A stretch of DNA of 64,000 nt. Origin: an archaeon (GTDB lineage: Archaea > SpSt-1190 > DYHY01). Positions 38,869 through 47,320 of this stretch are shown here, piece after piece. Each line of letters opens with the position of its first letter. The first letter of the stretch is position 1. The position numbers and the translations under genes are program-made. The stretch covers positions 30,090-94,089 of the forward strand of contig JBBIPP010000004.1 of the NCBI GenBank assembly GCA_037442745.1, in the 5' to 3' direction. Under the pieces are notes generated by a model. It did not search any database and was not told where the DNA came from. It saw nothing but the letters and a program-made list of their open reading frames with translations.

Positions 38869-39330
38869 ATGGACAAACCCCCAAAGCAGGCCAACCGCCC
38901 CCAAAGCACGTGCATTTTCTGCAGGATAATTGCTGGAGAAGCGAAGGCATTCAAAATTGCAGAGACGGAGAATTCCATCTCAATACTAGACGCATTCCCA
39001 GTGACTGAGGGGCACATACTCGTCCTCCCAAAAAGTCATTACAAGACATTCTTCGATGTCCCGGAGGCCGAAATTGCTTCAATTTTCTCGGAAGCTAGGA
39101 AAATTGCCTCCCTCCAGAAAAGGGCGCTCGAAGCGTCAGGCTTCAACATTGCGACAGCCCCTTCTGCAATAGACCATTTCCATGTGCATGTTATCCCAAG
39201 ATACGACTATGACCTGATGGGTCCGTTGGCAGATCTTGACAACAAGAGGGAAATGTCCCCTGAGAAAATGAAGGAGATTTTCGGGAAGCTTGTTGACAAA
39301 AAGGTCTCCGAGCGGAAAAAGAAAGAGTGA
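38869..39330 (+). CDS. HIT-family nucleotide hydrolase
   Basis: CIFCRI, LDAFP..EGHILVLPK.H, HFHVHVIPR. Confidence 0.93.
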   Translation: MDKPPKQANRPQSTCIFCRIIAGEAKAFKIAETENSISILDAFPVTEGHILVLPKSHYKTFFDVPEAEIASIFSEARKIASLQKRALEASGFNIATAPSAIDHFHVHVIPRYDYDLMGPLADLDNKREMSPEKMKEIFGKLVDKKVSERKKKE

Positions 39331-39356
39331 GTTTTTTTCGAGTCAGGGACGTTTTG

Positions 39357-39957
39357 TTGAAAACCCACAGGCAGTGCTCTTCTACCTTGACGGGACTCTT
39401 GCAGACAACCTTCCTTTGTTCGTCGAGGCATATTCTTCCGTGGCAAAAGCTGTTTGACTGCGGATTGGGAAGCCGAAATGCCCTTCCGATGCATTGGAAA
39501 AACCGAGCGGGAAATCTGCGAGCGAGCGGGGCTTCCGGAAAAGGAAAACGAGTTCCGAAGATTTTATTTCAGGGAAATAAAACGAACAATTATACCAAAT
39601 TCAAAACCATCTCCCGGGGCGAAGGAGCTATCGGATTATTTGGAACTGGCGGGTGAAGACTTGCGGGCTTGCCGGATGTTTCGGGAAAAATGCAATCCTT
39701 TCGCGCGAGGCGGTGGAGCTGCAGAAGACCGCTCTCGATCAAGCCATTCTTGCCTGAGGGATTCTGAAGGCAAATCCCGCTTTCATTATTGTTGTCGGGG
39801 ATTCCACCTCAGAAATCTGAATGGCCAATCCGCCGGATGCTTTTCATTCCTCTATAGGCCGGACGGCTATTCCAAATATTTCAGGCCAAATAAGGAGTTT
39901 CCTCCTTCTGCGCGCATAAAATCCCTCCTCTCCATGAAAAAAGTTCCCCTTCCCTAG
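39357..39957 (+). pseudogene. HAD-family phosphatase pseudogene
   Basis: Motifs split across frames: AVLFYLDGTLAD (motif I, D->Y), PGAKEL, IIVVGDS (motif IV); several stops and frameshifts. Confidence 0.7.
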
Positions 39958-40631
39958 AATTCAATACCTTTCCGGGCATAAATTCCCTTGTCATAGGGGT
40001 GCTTTAGGAAGGACACCTCATTTACGACGTCCGCCACGTCAATTATCTCTTTTGGCGCATTCCTTCCGGTGAGAATGAGCTCGGTTTTCATATTGGTTTT
40101 TCTAATTACTTCTAGCACGCGCTCGACGGATACCAAGCCGAAGGAGATGGCAATGTTTATCTCGTCAAGAATCACAACGTCCCATTCCCCGGATTCCGCC
40201 CGCCTTTCCCCTTCCATGATTGCATCATCGCAGAATTTCTTGTCAGTCTCGTCAAGAGCGAAGCAGTTCCTGCAATAGCTCTCGAACATGCCCTCCGAGA
40301 ATTCCTTCTCATGCTTCCAGTGGTTCACGCATTTCTTGCAATAGGAGATTATTTCAATAGGAAGGTTTCCGAACTTGCGGAGAGCCAAGACCTCTCCAGT
40401 ATAGCCGGTTTTCAGGAACTGGATCATTGATGTCCGAAAACCGTATCCTGCTGCCCGAAGGGCAAGCCCGAGAGAAGCGGTAGTCTTCCCCTTGCCGTTT
40501 CCTGTATAAACCTGGACTAGGCCGAGCCGGCTCCTTTCCCTAAGAGTCTGGCCGGAAAGATCTCTTATTTTCTCCGGGAGATGCGCCCTCAAGCTTTCAT
40601 CTGCTTCCTTTCTCCCGGCGGATTCTTCCAT
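39954..40631 (-). CDS. cobO: ATP:cob(I)alamin adenosyltransferase, CobO/BtuR type (true start ATG 40631)
   Basis: VQVYTGNGKGKTTASLGLALRA.G, QFLK, ILDEI, ILTGR.AP, HPY.KG..AR.GIEF. Confidence 0.93.
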   Translation of the reverse strand: MEESAGRKEADESLRAHLPEKIRDLSGQTLRERSRLGLVQVYTGNGKGKTTASLGLALRAAGYGFRTSMIQFLKTGYTGEVLALRKFGNLPIEIISYCKKCVNHWKHEKEFSEGMFESYCRNCFALDETDKKFCDDAIMEGERRAESGEWDVVILDEINIAISFGLVSVERVLEVIRKTNMKTELILTGRNAPKEIIDVADVVNEVSFLKHPYDKGIYARKGIEF

Positions 40632-40663
40632 TTCAATTCCTTGTTCTTGTATCTGACTCTCGC

Positions 40664-42979
40664 TCACATGCTGCATGCGGAATATCCGCACTCCCTGCAG
40701 GAAAAGCACCCTTCCGCATAGGAAATGTTCGGGCTCTTGCAGGTAGGGCAGTTGTCGAGCTTCGAGAGGGCGCTTTTTGTAGCAACAAAGCTGTCGAACC
40801 CCCAGTTGTCCGGACAATCTACCGGCTTTATTGTCATTTTCTCGGGGACAATTTCTTGGGGCTTTTTTTCTTCCTTGACAAGGTTCAGTATCTGGACTTT
40901 CCTCGAGTCGTTCCTGTATACAGTGCACCCTTTGCACCCAAGTTGCCAAGCCAGAACATACCCGGCCATTACTTCCTCTTTCGTTGCAGAGTTCGGGAAG
41001 TTTATTGTCTTCGATATTGCGTTGTCGAAATTCTCCTGGAATGCGGCCTGCATTTTTATGTGGTCAATTGCCGGGATTTCGAGAGCAGTCACATAGACCC
41101 GCCTTATTTCCTCCGGAATTTCCTCAATTCCTTGCACCGACCCTGTCTTTGTTATCTTGTCAAGAATTTCCTCGGTCGCAAGGCCCCTCTTTTCGAGCTC
41201 GGCTTCCAGATGCTTGTTCACATATCTGAGGCTCATCCCGCCCATTATGTTGCTCTTCTCATATGCGAGGGCGAAATAGGGTTCAAGGCCAGACGCGACT
41301 TCGGCAACCATTGAAATCGATCCTGTCGGGGCAATGCAAGTCAGGGCAACGTTTCGCCTCTTTTCTCCATTCTGCGAGAATACTGACTTGTCCCAGTTTG
41401 GGAACTGCCCTTTTTCTGTTGCCAGCTCAATGCTCTCCTCCCTTGCCGCATCCTGGATTGTCTTTGAAACCTTTCTTGCCATTTCAAAGCCCTCTTCTGA
41501 GTTGTATTTTATCTTCATCTTGTACAGGAGGTCCGCAAATCCCATCAGCCCGAGGCCGATTCTCCGGTTTGCCCTGAAAGTTGTGTTAACCCTGTCGGTA
41601 GAGAAGTTCGTGATGTCAATAACGTTGTCAAGCATCCTTATTGAGGTTTTAGTCGCCCTTTTCAGGCCCTCTTCGTCTAAACTGCCTTCCAATGTCACGA
41701 ATTTTTCGAGGTTAATTGAGCCGAGGTTGCATACGTCCCCGTCGTGGAGGAACTGCTCCCCGCAGGGGTTGCACGCCTCAAGGCTCCCGACACCCGGAAG
41801 TGGGTTTGACTTGTTAACAGTGTCAAGGAAGACAATTCCTGGCTCCCCGTTGTTCCATGCTGCGTTCACAATCTCGTTCATTATTTCGGTTGCAGTCAGA
41901 GGCTCTTCCTTTATTGTCCGTATTATTCCCAAGGAATCCCTTGTTATCCTTCTCGGAAACATCTTCTTTCCGTTGAACTGGCACATCCATTGCTCCTTTG
42001 AGTTCTCGGAAACTGCTTTCATGAATTCGTCGGTCATCCCGACTGAAATGTTGAAATTCTTGACTTTCCCTTCAATTTCCTTGCAATGGATAAAGTCGAG
42101 AATGTCCGGATGGTCAACCCGCATAACTGCCATGTTCGCGCCGTGCCTTCCCTGCTGCTTGATTATACCGAAAGCTTCGTTATATACGTGGAGGAATGAG
42201 ACGGGACCGCTCGCGCTTCCGGCGGATCTCTTTGTTTGCGTTCCTGCCGGCCTGAGCATATGGAAAGGAAACCCTAGCCCGCTTCCCCCTTGCTGGAGGA
42301 GAGCCGCATCCTTTAGTGTCTGGAAAATCCCCTCCATTGTGTCGTCAATGTGAAGGACAATGCAGTTTGAGACAACGGGGGTGCCGGTTCCAGCGTTCCG
42401 AAGTGTTCGCCCTGCCGGAAGGAATGAAAGGGTTGCCATTAGATTGTAGAACTCTTTTCTGTATTTTTCCACTTCATAGGAAGTCTTTCCGTACTTGTAT
42501 TCAATTTCGGCAAGGGTTCTTGCTACCCGTTCGAAAATCTCGTTTGGGGTCTCGGTCGGCTTTCCGTCTGAATCGAGAACTGAATAGCGTTTCGCGACTG
42601 TCCGAAGGGCGTTCGGAGTTAAGTTTGTCTTGAAATCACGCCCGTACAAGGCTAGCTTGAGCTTCCTGAGTTCGTTCCTTTTCGCCCGGTAAAGGATGTA
42701 CGCTTTCGCTGTCTTTGCGTGGCCGTTGTGTATCATGACACGCTCCACAACATCTTGGACCTGCTCGACTGTCGGGACAAGCCCCTTTGAGAAATAGCTT
42801 GCTTCCAGCTCAGCTGTCGCCTGCCCGGCTTCAATGTCGGACTTTGTCCTGTCTTTTCCGCCTACTGCTAGGACTGACTTGAACATTGCGTCAGCTATTT
42901 TCTTCTCGTCATATGGGACAATTCGCCCGTCCCTTTTCTTAACCTGCCAATTTTTCGGGAGAGTTTTTTCTTCAGCCAC
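40664..42979 (-). CDS. nrdJ: Class II (adenosylcobalamin-dependent) ribonucleotide reductase with N-terminal ATP cone
   Basis: VKKRDGR ATP cone; RHGANM, HPDI, NFNISV, NPCGEQ, CNLGSINL, APTG, AISKTIN, KGCTVYR; C-terminal Cys pairs. Confidence 0.93.
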   Translation of the reverse strand: MAEEKTLPKNWQVKKRDGRIVPYDEKKIADAMFKSVLAVGGKDRTKSDIEAGQATAELEASYFSKGLVPTVEQVQDVVERVMIHNGHAKTAKAYILYRAKRNELRKLKLALYGRDFKTNLTPNALRTVAKRYSVLDSDGKPTETPNEIFERVARTLAEIEYKYGKTSYEVEKYRKEFYNLMATLSFLPAGRTLRNAGTGTPVVSNCIVLHIDDTMEGIFQTLKDAALLQQGGSGLGFPFHMLRPAGTQTKRSAGSASGPVSFLHVYNEAFGIIKQQGRHGANMAVMRVDHPDILDFIHCKEIEGKVKNFNISVGMTDEFMKAVSENSKEQWMCQFNGKKMFPRRITRDSLGIIRTIKEEPLTATEIMNEIVNAAWNNGEPGIVFLDTVNKSNPLPGVGSLEACNPCGEQFLHDGDVCNLGSINLEKFVTLEGSLDEEGLKRATKTSIRMLDNVIDITNFSTDRVNTTFRANRRIGLGLMGFADLLYKMKIKYNSEEGFEMARKVSKTIQDAAREESIELATEKGQFPNWDKSVFSQNGEKRRNVALTCIAPTGSISMVAEVASGLEPYFALAYEKSNIMGGMSLRYVNKHLEAELEKRGLATEEILDKITKTGSVQGIEEIPEEIRRVYVTALEIPAIDHIKMQAAFQENFDNAISKTINFPNSATKEEVMAGYVLAWQLGCKGCTVYRNDSRKVQILNLVKEEKKPQEIVPEKMTIKPVDCPDNWGFDSFVATKSALSKLDNCPTCKSPNISYAEGCFSCRECGYSACSM

Positions 42980-43183
42980 TTTTCAACCAACTACCCGCTT
43001 CTTCGGCGGAGAAACTTTGTTTAAAAGCATATTTGTTGTTTGAAATGCTCTTGGAAATGGCCCGTTTATTTATCGGGAACCACTGGAAAGAAACAATAGG
43101 CTTTTTTCGGACATTTTTCCCAATAAGAATTGCTTATATACTAAAAAACTCTTTTAGAGGCAGAGCAAAAATCAGAATGAAGA

Positions 43184-43747
43184 ATGGTCGAACTTGCATT
43201 GAAATATCCGGCAAAGCTTTCTGGTTCTAGGGCAACAATTAAGCAGGCCTTGGAAGAGGCGAAAATAGACGAAAAAGCCCTTCTTGCAGCGAACGGCACA
43301 TGGCACACAATTGCCGAGAACGGAAAGGAGTTCACGAAAACGAGCGAATTCGAGTTCCTATACCTTCTGGGAAACAAGCCGAACCAGGCAAACCTCTCGT
43401 TTGAAGGGGGGAAATGGACGCTCGAGAAGATTGATTTGACAAACGAACTAGGGGAAATGGGCGAGGAAGGAAAGCTCCTTGCCAACCTTGAGGGAAAACT
43501 GGTTTCCGAAGAGAAAATCCTCGCAATTGTGGAAAAGGAGCTTTCAGATGTCAGGAAATCCGCTCCCCATATTAGGATAAAGCTGATTTCCTTTTCTGTC
43601 TCAGACGAGAAATACGAGATTCCTGCCTGGAGGGTTGAGGTTGGAAACTGGCCCCTAATGTCATATTACAAGGGAAGGGAAAAGGAGCGCCAATGCATAC
43701 TGATTATTGACGCCCTTTCAGGCAAAGTTGTTGATTCAAGAAAATGA
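43184..43747 (+). CDS. Hypothetical protein
   Basis: 187-aa ORF, TATA upstream (~43135); ends in a PepSY-like ..IIDALSGKV. Confidence 0.72.
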   Translation: MVELALKYPAKLSGSRATIKQALEEAKIDEKALLAANGTWHTIAENGKEFTKTSEFEFLYLLGNKPNQANLSFEGGKWTLEKIDLTNELGEMGEEGKLLANLEGKLVSEEKILAIVEKELSDVRKSAPHIRIKLISFSVSDEKYEIPAWRVEVGNWPLMSYYKGREKERQCILIIDALSGKVVDSRK

Positions 43748-43749
43748 GC

Positions 43750-44090
43750 TGAGAGCGAATCCCTATAATTTTTGAGCTTTCAAAAGGAAAGAAAATAGCC
43801 CCTTTTGAAAGTTTCCAAATGTGATTATTGGAAGCTTCCGGAAGTTGGCCTGAAGGAAGTGGAAGCAATAAAATTAGCCATGGAAATGGAGCTTTTGGAG
43901 AAAACTGGGTGCAAGGCAAAAATCGGCAGGCTCTTTGGCTCAGTTGTCGAGAAGCGGGAGCGGTTCCGGTTAATCCAAATTTCTCATTTGAACAAAAGCA
44001 GGTCAAAGAATTGCGATGGAAAGTTCATTGTTGCACAGGACCAAGCGTTTGTTCGAGCTACCCTGAAAGCCGGCAAATTAGAGAGACTTA
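43750..44090 (+). pseudogene. Decayed NUDIX hydrolase
   Basis: KVSKCDYWKLPEVGLKEVEAIKLAMEMELLEKTG resembles a mutated Nudix box (KLPGGG.E.GE....A..RE..EE.G); the N-terminus is frameshifted. Confidence 0.55.
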
Positions 44091-44390
44091 TTTTTTTCGC
44101 TTTACTCCCTTGCCCCTTACATATATTTCGCGCTCAATTTTCTTCTCTTCCGCAAGTATTGCGCGTTCCCCTTGGAGGAGCTTGCCCTCGATTTTTCCAA
44201 GGTGCACAATCATGTCAGCCAAGAGGAGAAGGATTGCAAGATCAATTATTGCGCTTCTTACAAAGCTAGTTGTTTCGTTCGCAGTCATGTCTTTAATCAT
44301 GAAAATCGCGCCGACAAAGAGCATTGCAACAGCGACTACTACCAGCTTGTCGTGGTGTTCTAGTTCCTTCAGATCCTGGATTATGCCCAT
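44088..44390 (-). CDS. Small 2-TM membrane protein
   Basis: 100 aa, two hydrophobic helices and a charged tail. Confidence 0.72.
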   Translation of the reverse strand: MGIIQDLKELEHHDKLVVVAVAMLFVGAIFMIKDMTANETTSFVRSAIIDLAILLLLADMIVHLGKIEGKLLQGERAILAEEKKIEREIYVRGKGVKRKK

Positions 44391-44642
44391 TTCAGTAAAG
44401 CTCCTTGCAAAACTAGGATTTAATGGTTTCTAATACTGGTAAGAGGATGTTAATACCTTCCGACAATTGTTATTGTTATTGGAAGGCCGAACGAGAATGT
44501 GGCAACCCCAACAAGGGTTTCCGCAATCTTCGGATTCGGATTTTCCTTGAGAAGAAATCCTCCGTCAGACTAATCGGACTGGTAATCTGAATCTCTGCAC
44601 TGATTGCCCCCAATTTTATTCAATAAACAACACCAGCATATT

Positions 44643-45605
44643 TTAAGTTTTTTCGAGCGCCCCTTTCAGTTCCCGGGCAGCGGTCTCGGGGGGAGTCGAG
44701 TTTATGTAGACCCCTCCCCCCTTCTCAATTCCCGCATGTATTGCCAATTTCGGCATTGAGAGAAGGTGCCAGTGCAGGTTCCCTTTCGGATTGCAGAAAA
44801 TCGCATAGTTGAAAGGGATGTCTCCGAGGAGCTTTTTGTATGCCCGGAAGAGTTTTGAAACAAGAGGAGCTATTTCCCCCGGTTTTGGCATTCCCTTCCT
44901 GTGCTTTTTCGGGATAATCATTGCCTCGTATTTGAAAACGGACGCATACGGGCAGATTATTGCATAATCCTTGTTCTCAAAAACAACCCGTTTCCCCTCC
45001 TTTAGTTCCTTTCCGACAATCGAGCAGTACTTGCACTTGTTTCCGGAAGGTCTAGAACCTTTTATTCTCTCCTCAATTCCCGGAAGCACTATCGGAAAGC
45101 CAGCAATCTGCGCATGGATATGGGAGAGGCTCGCTCCGGCCTCCCTGCCGTAATTGTGGAAAATCAGGACGGATTTTATCCTTTTGTCCCGGGAAATTTC
45201 ATAGAACCTCTCGGAAAACACCGAAAAAACTTCCTCCAGTTCCCGCTCGCTCAAATCCCAAAGGCCTATTCCGTGCTTGTCCGTTTCAACAATTACCTCA
45301 TGCCTTCCAAATGCTGGGGAGGACATTCCGAGCGCTCCTTTCCGGAGGGCGAACTTGGCAGATTTGTCAAGCGCGGCGAACTTGTTGTCGAAATTCCTGA
45401 CAGTCCAGTCAGTTTCGTTCCCTCCTCTGAAAGAGATTGTTGGCGGGGTTTCATTTTCATTCCCCTTGCAAAGCGGGCATTTGGATGTGTCTCCAGAAAC
45501 CTCCGGCTTTTTGTCAAGATAATCGCTCGGACGCTTTCCCCTCCCGGGGGAGATTAGGACAATTGTTCTTGTCACCGGATCAATCCTGAATTCGTTCTCC
45601 TGCAT
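44643..45605 (-). CDS. galT: Galactose-1-phosphate uridylyltransferase family
   Basis: R..RP, CPLC.GNE..TPP, NKFAAL, G.HEVIVE, NYG..AGASLSHIHAQI. Confidence 0.92.
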   Translation of the reverse strand: MQENEFRIDPVTRTIVLISPGRGKRPSDYLDKKPEVSGDTSKCPLCKGNENETPPTISFRGGNETDWTVRNFDNKFAALDKSAKFALRKGALGMSSPAFGRHEVIVETDKHGIGLWDLSERELEEVFSVFSERFYEISRDKRIKSVLIFHNYGREAGASLSHIHAQIAGFPIVLPGIEERIKGSRPSGNKCKYCSIVGKELKEGKRVVFENKDYAIICPYASVFKYEAMIIPKKHRKGMPKPGEIAPLVSKLFRAYKKLLGDIPFNYAIFCNPKGNLHWHLLSMPKLAIHAGIEKGGGVYINSTPPETAARELKGALEKT

Positions 45606-45687
45606 TTCCGGACAATCCGCCTCCGTCCTGCGTATTTATTCTTTATACTTGAAAGGTTATTTATAGTCGGGCGCCAATTCTCACCAA

Positions 45688-46524
45688 ATGGTTTTCGAGA
45701 GCCTTCTTTCTGCAAGGGCGGCTGAGGAGAAGCCGATTTTCGATTTCTTCTTCGGGGTTCTGCTTTCCATTGTCTCCTTCATTTCCGCATATTTCCTTTT
45801 TCCGGGAATTGCCTCAATTGTCTCAATTGTGCTTCTTTCAATTGGGCTTGTGCCGGTTCTCCTGAAGATTTTCTATTACGAGGACGAGTCCGAAAACGCC
45901 CTGAATGGATGGAAAAAGATTTTCCAGGTTCATTCCAAGGCACTCCGCTTCTTTCTGATGTTCTTCCTAGGAGTCTCTTTCACAGTCGCCCTTCTCTACA
46001 CATATCTTCCCAAATACGGCTTCTCCGAGGTTTCAGACAGGCTTTTTTCAGAGGAGCGAAACGAGATATTGGCAATTGCGGAAAGCGTCGGGAATGCCGG
46101 GATGTTCTCCGGGCTGTTTTCGAACCAGACGACAGGCATGATTGTTCAAAACAACCTGATTGTCCTGATGGCGTCCTTCGTTCTTTCGCTTGTTTTCGGA
46201 GGGGGCGCGGCATTTGTCCTTGCTTGGAACTCTGCCGTTTTCGGCGTTTTCCTCGCAATTGCCTTTGAAAGAAACCCGCTTTATCTCCCTTTTGCCCTGC
46301 TATACGCAATTCCGGAGCTTGTCGCATATTATGTAGGGGCATTTTCAGGAGGGCTTCTTTCAGCCGAGTTCTCCAAAGTTTTCTCAATTAATACAGATGA
46401 CGAGAGAACGAAACGCATAAAGCCTTCGCTATCTATTGTAATGAATTCAGCAATACTTCTCATTGGGGCAGCTGCCTTGATAGTTTTTATGGGGATTTTC
46501 GAGGGCTTTTTGATTTCCCTCTAG
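45688..46524 (+). CDS. SpoIIM/DUF95-family membrane protein
   Basis: I..NNL.V...SF.LS..FG.GA.FVLAWN...G and IPEL.AY...A..GG..S. Confidence 0.8.
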   Translation: MVFESLLSARAAEEKPIFDFFFGVLLSIVSFISAYFLFPGIASIVSIVLLSIGLVPVLLKIFYYEDESENALNGWKKIFQVHSKALRFFLMFFLGVSFTVALLYTYLPKYGFSEVSDRLFSEERNEILAIAESVGNAGMFSGLFSNQTTGMIVQNNLIVLMASFVLSLVFGGGAAFVLAWNSAVFGVFLAIAFERNPLYLPFALLYAIPELVAYYVGAFSGGLLSAEFSKVFSINTDDERTKRIKPSLSIVMNSAILLIGAAALIVFMGIFEGFLISL

Positions 46525-46963
46525 AAATATTGCTGATTTTTTCCCAACTCTCAGGATCCCTTCCTTGAACCTGCCTGAAAATTGGATTTATTTTTCCAGA
46601 AATCCTAGAAAGATCGCTAGGGCTACGTTCAGAGACTTTTCTTTTCAGGTAGTTGCATTCATATCTGACTTGGCCTTTGGAAACCGGGATTTTTCTTCCT
46701 GCGCTTCCTGAAAAGGAAGGTTTTAGAATTTTTTCAGGATTGAAAGAATAGCCTCGCGAAACTGCCTCTTTTCGGACAGTTGACAAGTATGCTCCAATTG
46801 CGGAAAGCGGCTCTTCTGCTTTCTTGAACCTCTCCAACTGGGGATGGTTTCTATACCCTTTTGTTTTTCCAGCCAAAACTGCCTGGGCGAGAAGAGCCTC
46901 CCTCCACAGTGCTACAAGCCCCGCTCTGTCAAGATTTTCTGGATGAAGCGTCCAGAGCCTCAA
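46487..46963 (-). CDS. Pyrimidine-dimer DNA glycosylase (T4 endonuclease V-like) family
   Basis: MRLWTLHP..LD..GLVALWRE.LLAQ.VL.G.TKGY.NHPQL.RF; E...RGY.F. Confidence 0.88.
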   Translation of the reverse strand: MRLWTLHPENLDRAGLVALWREALLAQAVLAGKTKGYRNHPQLERFKKAEEPLSAIGAYLSTVRKEAVSRGYSFNPEKILKPSFSGSAGRKIPVSKGQVRYECNYLKRKVSERSPSDLSRISGKINPIFRQVQGRDPESWEKISNISRGKSKSPRKSP

Positions 46964-47134
46964 TTTTTAGTCACCTTTCTTTGCCTTGGATATCTGTTCG
47001 TTAAAGCCGAGCATTTCTGAAATATAAATTTTCGCGCGCCCCGCTTCGCGGGAATCTGCCCAAATGGGCATAATATTACCATTTTTTGAGAAACAGCGCC
47101 GAACTTTAATAAATGACTCTTCCGGACAGAAAAA

Positions 47135-47216
47135 TGCCAATGATGACGACGAGCCGAACCAATCCCGACCGGGTAACTCCGGAAGGGGCGTGCGGAATGA
47201 CGTGCGGTCTGAGGCG
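47135..47216 (+). ncRNA. C/D-box methylation guide sRNA (predicted target 16S C1402)
   Basis: TATA-like TTTAATAAA ~47105; box C ATGATGA 47140-47146; D' CCGA 47165; C'-like GTGCGGA 47190; guide ATGACGTGCGGT; box D CTGA 47209-47212; terminal stem GCC/GGC. Confidence 0.72.
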
Positions 47217-47233
47217 CATTCTTTGCGGCCGAG

Positions 47234-47287
47234 TCCAGAGGACGATGTCTGGAACAATAGTGAAAGAACTGACGTGCGGTCTGAGGA
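47234..47287 (+). ncRNA. Second, degenerate C/D-box sRNA with the same D guide
   Basis: 17-nt repeat TGACGTGCGGTCTGAGG (47198-47214, 47270-47286); C-like AGGACGA; TCC/GGA stem; followed by a T8 tract. Confidence 0.45.
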
Positions 47288-47320
47288 GTTTTTTTTCCAG
47301 CGAAGCCGAGCGAGTCCAAA

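Noticed and set aside
40632-40949. N-terminal 106-aa extension of CobO given in the ORF track
   Set aside because: It overlaps the nrdJ 3' end in another frame; ATG 40631 with an upstream AGGA fits the family length.
40664-42979. Intein or intron in nrdJ
   Set aside because: Length and motif spacing are normal; no intein C1/HN or LAGLIDADG blocks seen.
44434-44640. Short hydrophobic minus-strand fragment downstream of galT
   Set aside because: Interrupted by stops, no clear start and no recognisable family.
47198-47286. 17-bp direct repeat as a mini-CRISPR
   Set aside because: Only two copies, too short, and better explained as duplicated C/D guide plus box D.
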